Assembly: GCA_041163945.1 (NCBI GenBank)
Contig: JBEAQJ010000021.1
Coordinates: forward strand, 522 to 64,521
DNA: 64,000 nt
From: Pseudomonadota bacterium
Lineage (GTDB): Bacteria; Pseudomonadota; Alphaproteobacteria; Rhodobacterales; Rhodobacteraceae
Direction: 5' to 3'
A model generated the notes under the pieces. That model did no database searches, was not told where the DNA came from, and saw only the letters and a list, made by a program, of their open reading frames with translations. The position numbers and the translations under genes are program-made. Positions within the stretch are counted from its first letter, which is position 1; each line of letters opens with the position of its first letter. This document shows, piece after piece, positions 48,812 to 57,530 of this stretch.

Positions 48812-49727
48812 ATTCGTGCAATTTTCGCTGACCCCGATGCTGATTGGCGTGCTTGCGGCCATCGCCTGCGCAATTCCGGGGAATTTCCTGATCCTGCGCC
48901 GGCAGTCGCTGATCGGCGATGCCATCAGCCATGTGGTCTTGCCCGGCATCGTGGTGGCGTTTCTGGTCACGGGATCCCTGGCCACATTTCCGATGTTGAT
49001 GGGGGCCGGCGCGGCGGCACTTTTGGCGGTGGTGCTGATCGAGGTGATCCGCCGTCTGGGCCGGATCGAACCGGGTGCTGCGATGGGTGTGGTGTTCACC
49101 GCGCTTTTTGCCAGCGGTGTGTTGTTGTTGGAACGCTCAGACGCGTCGCGGGTGCATCTGGATGTCGAGCATGCGCTGATGGGCAATCTGGAAACGCTGA
49201 TCTGGCTGCGCGCAAGCGGGTGGGACAGCCTGCTTGACCCGGTCGCGCTGGCGCATCTTCCGCCTGAATTGCCGCGCATCGCGGCGGTCGCGCTTTTGAT
49301 GGTGGGGCTGACAGGGCTGTTCTGGCGGCCCTTGAAGCTTGCGACCTTTGACGAAGGCTTTGCGCGCGCCATCGGCTTGCCGGTTTCGGCCATCGGGCTT
49401 GGTCTGGTGATCGCGGCGGCGGTGGCGGCGGTGGCGGCCTTCGATGCGGTGGGATCAATCATCGTGATCGCGATGTTCATCTGCCCACCGGCAGCCGCGC
49501 GGCTGTTGACCAATTCGCTGGCCGCGCAGCTTTGGCTGTCGGTGGGGCTTGCGACGCTGGCCGCCGTTCTGGGCTATGTGGCGGCGGGGTATGGGCCGAT
49601 CTGGCTGGGATTTGACAATTCGGTCAGCGCCGCGGGCATGATCGCCACCACATCGGGGCTGATCCTGGCCGGGGCCTGCCTGTGGGGGCCGCATCGCGCG
49701 CGGTCCGGCGGGCCATCGGGGGCGTGA
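48801..49727 (+). CDS. Metal ABC transporter permease
   Basis: GDAISHVVLPG, HLDVEHALMG and AFDAVG. Confidence 0.9.
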   Translation: MGAEFVQFSLTPMLIGVLAAIACAIPGNFLILRRQSLIGDAISHVVLPGIVVAFLVTGSLATFPMLMGAGAAALLAVVLIEVIRRLGRIEPGAAMGVVFTALFASGVLLLERSDASRVHLDVEHALMGNLETLIWLRASGWDSLLDPVALAHLPPELPRIAAVALLMVGLTGLFWRPLKLATFDEGFARAIGLPVSAIGLGLVIAAAVAAVAAFDAVGSIIVIAMFICPPAAARLLTNSLAAQLWLSVGLATLAAVLGYVAAGYGPIWLGFDNSVSAAGMIATTSGLILAGACLWGPHRARSGGPSGA

Positions 49728-49785
49728 TTGCTTGCGGTGCCGCGCAGGCCGGGGCAGGGTGGCGCAAAAGGCAAAAGGGCGCATC

Positions 49786-50973
49786 ATGACCATCCTGCGC
49801 AAGCATCTGTTCGATCTGCCCCAAGGGGTGATCTATCTCGACGGCAATTCGCTGGGGCCGCTGCCACGCGCCGTGCCCGCACGCCTGGCCCAGGCGGTCA
49901 CGGGCGAATGGGGCGCGCATCTGATCAAGGGCTGGAACCTTGACGGCTGGATGACGCAACCGGCCCGCGTGGGCGACCGGGTGGGGCGCTTGATCGGGGC
50001 GCCGGCAGGCAGCGTGGTGATGGGCGATACGCTGTCGATCAAGGTGTATCAGGCCCTGTCGGCGGCGCTGTCGCTGCGGCCCGGGCGGCGGGTGATCGTA
50101 TCGGACAGCGGCAATTTTCCCAGCGATCTTTACATGGCCGACGGGCTGATCCGGCATCTGGATCAGGGTCATGACTTGCGTGTGGTGGCCCCCGAAGCGG
50201 TGGCCGATGCCATTGATCAAGATGTCGCGGCCGTGCTTTTGACCCATGTCGATTACCGCACCGGGCGGATGCATGACATGGCCGGCATCACATCCGCGGC
50301 CCACGCGGCTGGGGCTGTGATGATCTGGGATCTGGCCCACAGCGCGGGCGCGGTCCCGGTCGATCTGGCGGCCTCACACGCGGAGTTTGCCGTCGGCTGC
50401 AGCTACAAATACCTCAATGGTGGGCCGGGTGCGCCGGCTTTTATCTATGTGCGCCCCGATCTGGTCGACCGTATCGATCCGGCGCTGGCCGGCTGGCTGG
50501 GGCATGCCGCGCCCTTTGCCTTTGATCTGGATTACAGGCCGGCCCCCGGTGTGGCGCGGATGCGGGTGGGCACGCCACCGGTCTTGCAGATGACCGCGCT
50601 TGATGCGGCGCTCGATGTCTGGGATGGCGTCGACATGGCCGAGCTGCGCGCCGCGTCGGTGGCGCTGTGCGAACAGTTCATCGCCCTTGTGGGCGCGCAC
50701 TGCCCCGGGTTGGTTCTGGCCAGCCCGCGCGCGGCCGATCTGCGCGGCTCGCAGGTGTCGTTTCACTTTGCCCATGGCTACGCCGCCATGCAGGCCCTGA
50801 TCGCGCAGGGCGTGATCGGCGATTTTCGGGCCCCGGATATCATGCGCTTTGGCTTTACGCCGCTTTACATCGATCACGCGGATGTGGCCCGCGCGGCCGA
50901 GATCCTGGCCGGCATCATCGCCGACAGGCTTTGGGATCGGCCCGAATACCAGGCCCGTCAGGCCGTCACCTAA
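49786..50973 (+). CDS. kynU: Kynureninase
   Basis: YLDGNSLG, NFPSDLY, WDLAHSAG, GCSYKYLNGGPG (PLP lysine) and GDFR. Confidence 0.93.
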   Translation: MTILRKHLFDLPQGVIYLDGNSLGPLPRAVPARLAQAVTGEWGAHLIKGWNLDGWMTQPARVGDRVGRLIGAPAGSVVMGDTLSIKVYQALSAALSLRPGRRVIVSDSGNFPSDLYMADGLIRHLDQGHDLRVVAPEAVADAIDQDVAAVLLTHVDYRTGRMHDMAGITSAAHAAGAVMIWDLAHSAGAVPVDLAASHAEFAVGCSYKYLNGGPGAPAFIYVRPDLVDRIDPALAGWLGHAAPFAFDLDYRPAPGVARMRVGTPPVLQMTALDAALDVWDGVDMAELRAASVALCEQFIALVGAHCPGLVLASPRAADLRGSQVSFHFAHGYAAMQALIAQGVIGDFRAPDIMRFGFTPLYIDHADVARAAEILAGIIADRLWDRPEYQARQAVT

Positions 50974-52211
50974 GACGCCAGGCACAGCGGGTCGTGGGCG
51001 GGTCCGGCCACGATGCCCGTGTCGAACAGCCGCCCGATCGCCCCCGAAGACAGGCCCACCACATCGGCCAGAACCGCCTCGGTGTGCTGGCCCAGCCGCG
51101 GTGCGGGGCCCGCCGGGGTGCGCGGGTGCGCGCCGAACGACAGCGGCGATCCGGGGCTGAGATACCGCCCGATGCCCGGCTGGTCCACCGGGGCAAAGAT
51201 CGGGTTGTCGAGCGACAGGTCAGGGTCGTGTTCGATGGCCTCGGCAAAGCTGCGAAAGACCGACCATGTCACACCGGCGCGGTCGAAATCCGCCGCGAAA
51301 TCGGCAAGGCTGCGGGCCGCGAACCAAGGGGCCAGAACCGCCGTGATGGCATGGCGGGCCTGCCAGCGGGCGCCTTCGTCGCGGAAATCGAGGCCCGTGG
51401 CGTCGGCCAGCGCGGCCATCGCGTCGGTCATGCCCGTGACCTTGAGCAGCCCCTGCCATTGCCGTGCGGTCAGGCCGATCACCATCACGCGTGATCCGTC
51501 GGCGCACAGGAAATCCTGCCCATAAGCGCCATAAAGGCTGTTGCCGGCGCGCCCTCGGGTCTGGCCGGTCAGCGCATGTTCCCCGATGATGCCCAGATGG
51601 CCCAGCATGGCCACCGCCACATCCTTGAGCGTCAGATCCACGGCCTGGCCGGTCGCGTGGCGCAGCCGGTGGCGTTCGGCGGCCAAGAGCGCTTGCACCA
51701 CAAGCCCGCCCGCGATCGCATCCCATGCCGGCAGCGCATGGGCCACCGGGGTGTCCGAGCCCTCGGGGCCGGTGGCCATCGGAAAGCCCACGGCGGGGTT
51801 CACGGTGTAATCCACCGCCGGTCGTCCCTGGCGATCCCCGCGCAGGCTGACCGAAATCAGATCGTCGCGCCGGGCGGACAAGGTGGCGTGGTCGGTCCAA
51901 CCCGGCGTGGCCAGATTGGTGATGAACAGCCCGGCGTCGGGGCCGGGCGCACAGATGATTTCTTGGGCGATCTCTCGGCCTTGCGGGGTTTTGACATCGA
52001 TGGCGACCGAGCGCTTGCCCTTGTTCATGCCCGCCCAGAACAGGCTGGCGCCATTGGGCGCAAGCGGCCAGCGGCCCTGATCCATGCCGCCCGTGGGCAG
52101 GTCGAACCGGATCACATCGGCACCCATCTGGGCCAGGCTCATCCCCGCCAGCGGCACCGCGACAAAGGCCGAGCTTTCGACCACACGCATTCCGGACAGA
52201 ACGCCCATCAT
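50970..52211 (-). CDS. mct: Family III CoA transferase, mesaconyl-CoA C1-C4 transferase (2-methylfumaryl-CoA isomerase)-like
   Basis: VVESSAFVAVPLAGMSLAQMGADVIRFD, RWP, SLFWAGMNKGKRS, VDYTVN, LPAWD and LYGAYGQDF match the Mct subfamily as I recall it, rather than generic CaiB/BbsF. Confidence 0.8.
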   Translation of the reverse strand: MMGVLSGMRVVESSAFVAVPLAGMSLAQMGADVIRFDLPTGGMDQGRWPLAPNGASLFWAGMNKGKRSVAIDVKTPQGREIAQEIICAPGPDAGLFITNLATPGWTDHATLSARRDDLISVSLRGDRQGRPAVDYTVNPAVGFPMATGPEGSDTPVAHALPAWDAIAGGLVVQALLAAERHRLRHATGQAVDLTLKDVAVAMLGHLGIIGEHALTGQTRGRAGNSLYGAYGQDFLCADGSRVMVIGLTARQWQGLLKVTGMTDAMAALADATGLDFRDEGARWQARHAITAVLAPWFAARSLADFAADFDRAGVTWSVFRSFAEAIEHDPDLSLDNPIFAPVDQPGIGRYLSPGSPLSFGAHPRTPAGPAPRLGQHTEAVLADVVGLSSGAIGRLFDTGIVAGPAHDPLCLAS

Positions 52212-53086
52212 TCCCACTCCGCCCGCGCGGTCATGCCCAGATAGCCCTCGGGCGTGGCAACCCTCAGATCCATCGCCTTGCCGCCGGGCGACAGCCGCCC
52301 CTGCAGGCGCAGGTCATGGGTGTGAAACATCGGATGCACGCCGCGAAAGCTGAACCGCTTGGGCGGCACGCCGGTGTGACGCTTGGCCGTTTCCATCAGC
52401 ATGATGGCCTGCATCGGCCCATGGGTCACCAGCGCAGGGTATTTTTCGACGTCGCGCGCATAGCCCAGATCGTAATGGATGCGGTGCGCGTTGTAGGTGG
52501 CGGCCGAAAAGCGAAACAGCCGGGCGCTGTTGATGGGCACGGTTTCGTCGAAATCGGGGGTCTCGATCGACGGGATGCGTTTTGGGGGGGTGAAGCGGTC
52601 GGGAATGTGCAGGTAGACGATATCTTGTTCTTCTTCGACAAAGCTGCCGTTTTCGCCTTCGATCTGGTGGGCGACGGTGACAAAGACCATGTCGCCCGTC
52701 CCGCCCGTTTTGGGCGTGATCGAGCGGATGGTCGAACGGCGCCGAAGTTTTTCGCCGATCCGCAAGGATCCGGTAAAGCTCAGCCGACCCGCCGCCCACA
52801 TCCGCCGCTTGAACGCCAGCGGCGGCAGGAAATCGCCCAGTTCCGGGTGGCCATCCTCGGCCAGCTGCGCCAAGGGCACGAATTCGGGAAAGGCCGCCCA
52901 GTGCCAGAGCCGCGGCAACAGCGACCCGTGGCGCGTGTCGCGCGGCAACGACACCGCGTGGCTGACCGCAGCGTTCAGCATGCCCGCCAGTTCCGGCGTC
53001 AGGCAACCCCAGCGGTCTTCGCTGCGGCCCACCCAGTCGGCCGCATCGCGCAAGGTCAGGGTGGGAAAGCTTTCCACCCGGCTCAT
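52208..53086 (-). CDS. meh: Double-hotdog hydratase, mesaconyl-C4-CoA hydratase (Meh/Ich)-like
   Basis: DGHP, RRMWAAG, EEQDIVY, LFRFSAATYNAHRIHYD and YPALVTHGP. Confidence 0.78.
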   Translation of the reverse strand: MSRVESFPTLTLRDAADWVGRSEDRWGCLTPELAGMLNAAVSHAVSLPRDTRHGSLLPRLWHWAAFPEFVPLAQLAEDGHPELGDFLPPLAFKRRMWAAGRLSFTGSLRIGEKLRRRSTIRSITPKTGGTGDMVFVTVAHQIEGENGSFVEEEQDIVYLHIPDRFTPPKRIPSIETPDFDETVPINSARLFRFSAATYNAHRIHYDLGYARDVEKYPALVTHGPMQAIMLMETAKRHTGVPPKRFSFRGVHPMFHTHDLRLQGRLSPGGKAMDLRVATPEGYLGMTARAEWE

Positions 53087-53979
53087 GCCGCGTGCTTTCG
53101 GCCCAGCATCCGTGCCACGGTTTCGCCCATGCTCGATGGGTTCGGGGCCACCAGGATGCCCGCATCTTGCAAGATTTCGACCTTTTCCTGCGCGCTTTCC
53201 CCGAAGGCCGAGATGATGGCCCCCGCATGGCCCATCTTGCGACCCTTGGGCGCCGACAGGCCCGCGACATAGGCCGCGACGGGCTTGGTCATGTGGTCGC
53301 GCACATAGGCTGCGGCCTCGGCTTCCTGCGGGCCGCCGATTTCACCGATCATGATCACGGCATCGGTTTCGGTATCATTTTCAAACAGTTCCAAGATGTC
53401 TTTAAAGCTTGACCCATTGATCGGATCGCCGCCGATCCCGACCGAGGTCGAAACGCCGATCCCCAGCGCCGACATCTGGCTGGCCGCTTCGTAGCCCAAG
53501 GTGCCCGACCGGCCCACGATGCCGACACGGCCCGGGGTGTAGATATGGGGCGGCATGATGCCCATGAAGCCGATGCCGGGGCTGATCACGCCGGCGCAAT
53601 TCGGCCCGATCAGGCGCATCTTGCGGTCGCGCGGGTAGCGGCGCAGGAACCGCTTGACCTTCATCATGTCCTGCGCGGGCAATCCGTCGGTGACGCAGAC
53701 ACAGGTCTTTATGCCCGCTTCCGCAGCTTCCATCATGGCATCGGCGGCAAAGGCGGGCGGCACGAACAAAAGCGATGCATCCGCCCCCGTGGCTTCGACC
53801 GCCTCGCGCACGGTGTCGAACAACGGCCTGTCCAGAAGCGTGCTGCCGCCGCGGCCCGGCGTGACGCCGCCCACGACATTGGTGCCGGTCTCGATCATTT
53901 CCTGTGCGTGGAACTGGCCGATGCGGCCGCTCATGCCCTGCACGATGATGCGGGTGTCCTTGGTGATGACGATGGCCAT
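53083..53979 (-). CDS. mtkB: Malate--CoA ligase alpha subunit (SucD family)
   Basis: GGVTPG, IGPNCAG, SGTLGYE, GIGGDP and MGHAGA (phospho-His). Paired with an mtkA-like gene. Confidence 0.8.
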   Translation of the reverse strand: MAIVITKDTRIIVQGMSGRIGQFHAQEMIETGTNVVGGVTPGRGGSTLLDRPLFDTVREAVEATGADASLLFVPPAFAADAMMEAAEAGIKTCVCVTDGLPAQDMMKVKRFLRRYPRDRKMRLIGPNCAGVISPGIGFMGIMPPHIYTPGRVGIVGRSGTLGYEAASQMSALGIGVSTSVGIGGDPINGSSFKDILELFENDTETDAVIMIGEIGGPQEAEAAAYVRDHMTKPVAAYVAGLSAPKGRKMGHAGAIISAFGESAQEKVEILQDAGILVAPNPSSMGETVARMLGRKHAA

Positions 53980-53990
53980 GGCGGGGCTCC

Positions 53991-55169
53991 TTACTGGGCG
54001 GCAACGGGGGTGGGGCGCGAGCGGACGGCAAGCTGTGCGGCTTCGGCCAGCGTGTCGGCCGACAGCAGCGGCAGGCCCGAGGTGCGGATGATCTCGCGGC
54101 CTTCTTCGACATTGGTGCCCGACAGCCGCACGATCACCGGCAAGCTGAGCCCGACCTCTTGATAGGCCTGCACCACGCCGCGCGCGATCCAGTCGCAGCG
54201 GTTGATGCCGGCAAAGATGTTGACCAAGATCACGCCCACATTGGGGTCGGTCAGCACGGTGCGAAAGGCGGTGACGACCCGCTCGGGGCTGGCCCCCCCG
54301 CCGATATCCAGGAAATTGGCCGGGGCCCCGCCGGCCAGGTGGATCATGTCCATGGTGGCCATGGCCAGCCCGGCGCCGTTGATGATGCAACCGATGTCGC
54401 CCTCAAGCCCGACATAGGCCAGCCCATTGTCCTGCGCGCTGCTTTCGCGCGGATCTTCCTGGCCGCGGTCGCGCAGTGCGGCCACCTGTGGGCGGCGGTA
54501 GAGCGCGTTGGTGTCAAACGACATCTTCGCATCCAGTGCCACCAGAGTGCCCGCGCCGGTGATGGCCAGCGGGTTGATTTCCACCATCATGGCATCGAGG
54601 TCGCGGTAAGCGCGGTAACAGGCGCGCAATGTGGTCACGAACTGCGCCACCTGCGCACCTTTCAGGCCAAGGCGAAACGCCAGGTCGCGGGCCTGAAATT
54701 CGACCAGCCCCGCGGCCGGGTCGATGATCATGCGCACCAGGCTGTCGGGGTCGTTTTCGGCCAGATCCTCGATTTCCATCCCGCCATGCGCCGAGGCCAC
54801 GATCATGATGCGTTCCGATTTGCGATCCAGCACGAAACCCAGATAGATTTCCTGTGCGATATCGGTCGCTTCCTCGATCCAGAGCCGTTCGATCAGCTTG
54901 CCGCCGGCGCCCGTTTGCTTGGTGACGAGCGTCTGACCCAAAAGCTCGGTCGCGTAGCTGCGCACCTCGGCCTCGGTGCGGCACAGCCGCACCCCGCCGG
55001 CGGCACCCCGCCCGCCGGAATGGATCTGTGCCTTGACCACAACGGCCCCCCCGCCCAGCAAGCGCGCGGCATGGGCCGCCTGTTCGGGGCTGAATGCCAG
55101 ATGGCCCTTGGGAACGGGCACGCCGAATTCGGCAAGGATCGACTTGGCCTGATGTTCGTGAATATCCAT
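53991..55169 (-). CDS. mtkA: Malate--CoA ligase beta subunit (SucC family)
   Basis: MDIHEHQAK and NGAGLAMATMD. NIFAGINRCDW is the Mtk-type variant of the SucC NIFGGI.RCD motif. Confidence 0.82.
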   Translation of the reverse strand: MDIHEHQAKSILAEFGVPVPKGHLAFSPEQAAHAARLLGGGAVVVKAQIHSGGRGAAGGVRLCRTEAEVRSYATELLGQTLVTKQTGAGGKLIERLWIEEATDIAQEIYLGFVLDRKSERIMIVASAHGGMEIEDLAENDPDSLVRMIIDPAAGLVEFQARDLAFRLGLKGAQVAQFVTTLRACYRAYRDLDAMMVEINPLAITGAGTLVALDAKMSFDTNALYRRPQVAALRDRGQEDPRESSAQDNGLAYVGLEGDIGCIINGAGLAMATMDMIHLAGGAPANFLDIGGGASPERVVTAFRTVLTDPNVGVILVNIFAGINRCDWIARGVVQAYQEVGLSLPVIVRLSGTNVEEGREIIRTSGLPLLSADTLAEAAQLAVRSRPTPVAAQ

Positions 55170-55220
55170 GGTTCCGTCTCCTGTCGGGGCGGAATGCGCC
55201 CGGGGGCGCACCCGGCGGTG

Positions 55221-56174
55221 TCATTCGGCCGCAAGACCGCGCGCGGCGATGGCTTCGGCCATGTCGATCACGTTGCGCGCCATCTTTTCCGACGCCGCGT
55301 CGATCATCTTGCCATCCAGGCTGGCGGCACCCTTGCCCTGCGCTTCGGCGGCGCGCAGTTCCGCGATGATGCGGCGCGCCTTCGTCACCTCGGCCTCGGG
55401 CGGGCTGAAGACCGCGTTGGCCATGGCGATCTGGCTGGGGTGAATGGCCCACTTGCCTTCGCAGCCCAGCGCCGCCGCCCGGCGCGCCCCGGCATTGTAG
55501 CCATCGGGATCCGAGAAATCGCCAAAGGGCCCGTCGATGGCACGCAAACCATAGGCCCGGCACGCGATCACCATCCGCGTGATCGAGGCATGCCATTGAT
55601 CGCCGGGATAATCGGGGTTCAGGCCGCCGATATTCGTGGTGCGCGCCCGCATCGAGGCGGCGTAATCGGCCACGCCGAAATGCAGCGCCTCCAGCCGGCC
55701 GCCGAATTGTGCGATGGCCTCGACATTGGCCATGCCCAGCGCGGTTTCGATCAGCGCCTCCAGCCCCACGCGGGTGTGCACGCCGGTGCCCTGTTCGATC
55801 TGGTTGACCAGCGCTTCGACCATGTAAAGATCGGCGGGAACGCCCACCTTTGGAACCAGCAGCGTGTGCACACGGCCACCCGCCTGTTCCATCACATCGA
55901 CCACGTCGCGGTACATGTAATGGGTGTCGAGCCCATTGATGCGGACGCTGACGGTCTTGCCCTTGGCGGCCCAGTCGATGTCGTTCAACGCCTGTATGGC
56001 GTTCTTGCGCGCTTGTGCCTTTTCCGGCGGGGCGACGGCATCTTCAAGATCCAGAAACACGTAGTCGGCGGCCGAGTCTGCTGCCTTGTCGATCATCGTC
56101 GGGTTCGACGCGGGTACCGCCAGTTCGGACCGTTGCAGGCGCTGGCGACGCAACGGGTGAAGCGTATGAGACAT
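55221..56174 (-). CDS. mcl: Malyl-CoA/beta-methylmalyl-CoA/citramalyl-CoA lyase
   Basis: RSELAVP, FLDLEDAVAP, RINGLDTHYMYRDVVD, LIETALG, DGPFGDF and GKWAIHPSQ. Confidence 0.88.
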   Translation of the reverse strand: MSHTLHPLRRQRLQRSELAVPASNPTMIDKAADSAADYVFLDLEDAVAPPEKAQARKNAIQALNDIDWAAKGKTVSVRINGLDTHYMYRDVVDVMEQAGGRVHTLLVPKVGVPADLYMVEALVNQIEQGTGVHTRVGLEALIETALGMANVEAIAQFGGRLEALHFGVADYAASMRARTTNIGGLNPDYPGDQWHASITRMVIACRAYGLRAIDGPFGDFSDPDGYNAGARRAAALGCEGKWAIHPSQIAMANAVFSPPEAEVTKARRIIAELRAAEAQGKGAASLDGKMIDAASEKMARNVIDMAEAIAARGLAAE

Positions 56175-56188
56175 CGGGAACCTCCGGT

Positions 56189-57394
56189 TTACTCGGCTGC
56201 GATATGCAGACGGGGGGATGCACCGCGCGCCTGCGCGAACCAGGCCTGTGCCGCGCCCACGCCCGCGCCAAACCGCAAATCGGCCCCGGCGCGCACCAGC
56301 GAGAGTTCGGCCACCGACAGCGCGGTCAGCACCATGGCTTCGTTCAGATCGCCCAAATGCCCGATGCGGAACACCCGCCCGTTCAACGGCCCCAGCCCGG
56401 ATCCGAACGAGGTGTTGCAATCTTCATAGGCGATGCGGATCACCGCGCGCGCATCCACCCCTTCGGGCACCCGGATCGCCGTAACCGTGTCAGAGGCGAG
56501 GCTGGGATGCTCGGCCACGATGGACAGCCCCATGGCCGCCACACCGCGGCGGACCGCTTCGGCCAGATGGTGATGGCGCGCCAGCACCGCGTCCAAGCCC
56601 TCTTGGCGCAAGATGCGATCCAGCGCCGCCTTCAGCCCATGGATCAGGGGTGTCGGGGGTGTGTAGGGGAAATACCCCGTCGCATTCATCGCCACCATGT
56701 CGGAAAATTCGAAATAGGCCCGGCGCAGCGTCGCGGTTTTCGACGCCTGCATGGCCTTTTCGCTGACGCCCAGAATGCCCAGGCCCGCCGGGCACATCAG
56801 CCCCTTCTGGCTGCCGGTGACGGCGAGGTCGACCCCCCAGTCATCCATGCGGAAATCGATCGACCCGATCGATGACACGCCATCGACGAACAACAGCGCA
56901 TCATGCAGACATTCATCAAGCGCGCGGCGCACGCCCGCCACATCCGATGTGACGCCGGTGGCCGTTTCATTATGGGTGACGAAGACTGCCTTGATCGCGC
57001 CGCTGCGATCGGCGCCCAGCCTGCGCGCGATTTCATTGACCGGCGCACCCGCGCCCCAGGCCACATCGATCACCTCGACATCAAGGCCCAGACGCTCGGC
57101 CATTTCCACCCAGAGTTTCGAGAACTGCCCGAAACGGGCCATCAGCACCCGGTCGCCCGGGTTCAGCGTGTTGGTGATCGCCGCTTCCCAGGCGGCGGTG
57201 CCCGATCCGGGAAACAGCATCACCGTGCCCGTGTCCGTGCGCAGGATCTGTTTCAGATCGGCAAAGATGGGCAGCGTCAGCGCGCCGAAATCGGGGGCGC
57301 GCATGTCTTGCATCGGCACGTTCATGGCCTGACGCACCGCTTCGGGAATGTTCGTGGGGCCGGGGATGAAAAGCTGGTTCTGACCGCTGCGCAT
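56189..57394 (-). CDS. sgaA: Class V aminotransferase, serine--glyoxylate aminotransferase-like
   Basis: LFIPGPTNIP, ARFGQFS, HNETATGV, VDGVSSIG, GSQKG (PLP lysine), FPYTP and FRIGHLG. Confidence 0.78.
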   Translation of the reverse strand: MRSGQNQLFIPGPTNIPEAVRQAMNVPMQDMRAPDFGALTLPIFADLKQILRTDTGTVMLFPGSGTAAWEAAITNTLNPGDRVLMARFGQFSKLWVEMAERLGLDVEVIDVAWGAGAPVNEIARRLGADRSGAIKAVFVTHNETATGVTSDVAGVRRALDECLHDALLFVDGVSSIGSIDFRMDDWGVDLAVTGSQKGLMCPAGLGILGVSEKAMQASKTATLRRAYFEFSDMVAMNATGYFPYTPPTPLIHGLKAALDRILRQEGLDAVLARHHHLAEAVRRGVAAMGLSIVAEHPSLASDTVTAIRVPEGVDARAVIRIAYEDCNTSFGSGLGPLNGRVFRIGHLGDLNEAMVLTALSVAELSLVRAGADLRFGAGVGAAQAWFAQARGASPRLHIAAE

Positions 57395-57445
57395 GGGTTC
57401 TGTCCTGTTTGGGTTGTGACAGATCATGGGGCAGGGGCGGGCGAT

Positions 57446-57488
57446 CGCAAAATTCTTGCGGGTCCTGCTGTAAATGCAGCCTTTTACA
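57446..57488. promoter_or_regulatory. Candidate operator palindromes in the sgaA/regulator divergent promoter
   Basis: CGCAA-AATTC-TTGCG (57446-57460) and TGTAAA-N8-TTTACA (57469-57488). Confidence 0.45.
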
Positions 57489-57530
57489 TGCTATGCATTT
57501 TGTGAAAATGTAAATGATGGGTCAAACAGC

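Noticed and set aside
53083-55169. Ordinary TCA-cycle sucCD
   Set aside because: The Mtk-type motif and the mcl/sgaA context, with no sucAB or mdh nearby, argue against it.
50970-56174. Complete autotrophic 3-hydroxypropionate bi-cycle
   Set aside because: No malonyl-CoA reductase, propionyl-CoA synthase or Mch in the window, so autotrophy cannot be claimed.
56189-57394. bhcA of the beta-hydroxyaspartate cycle
   Set aside because: No bhcBCD or IclR-type bhcR nearby, and the sequence looks closer to SgaA.
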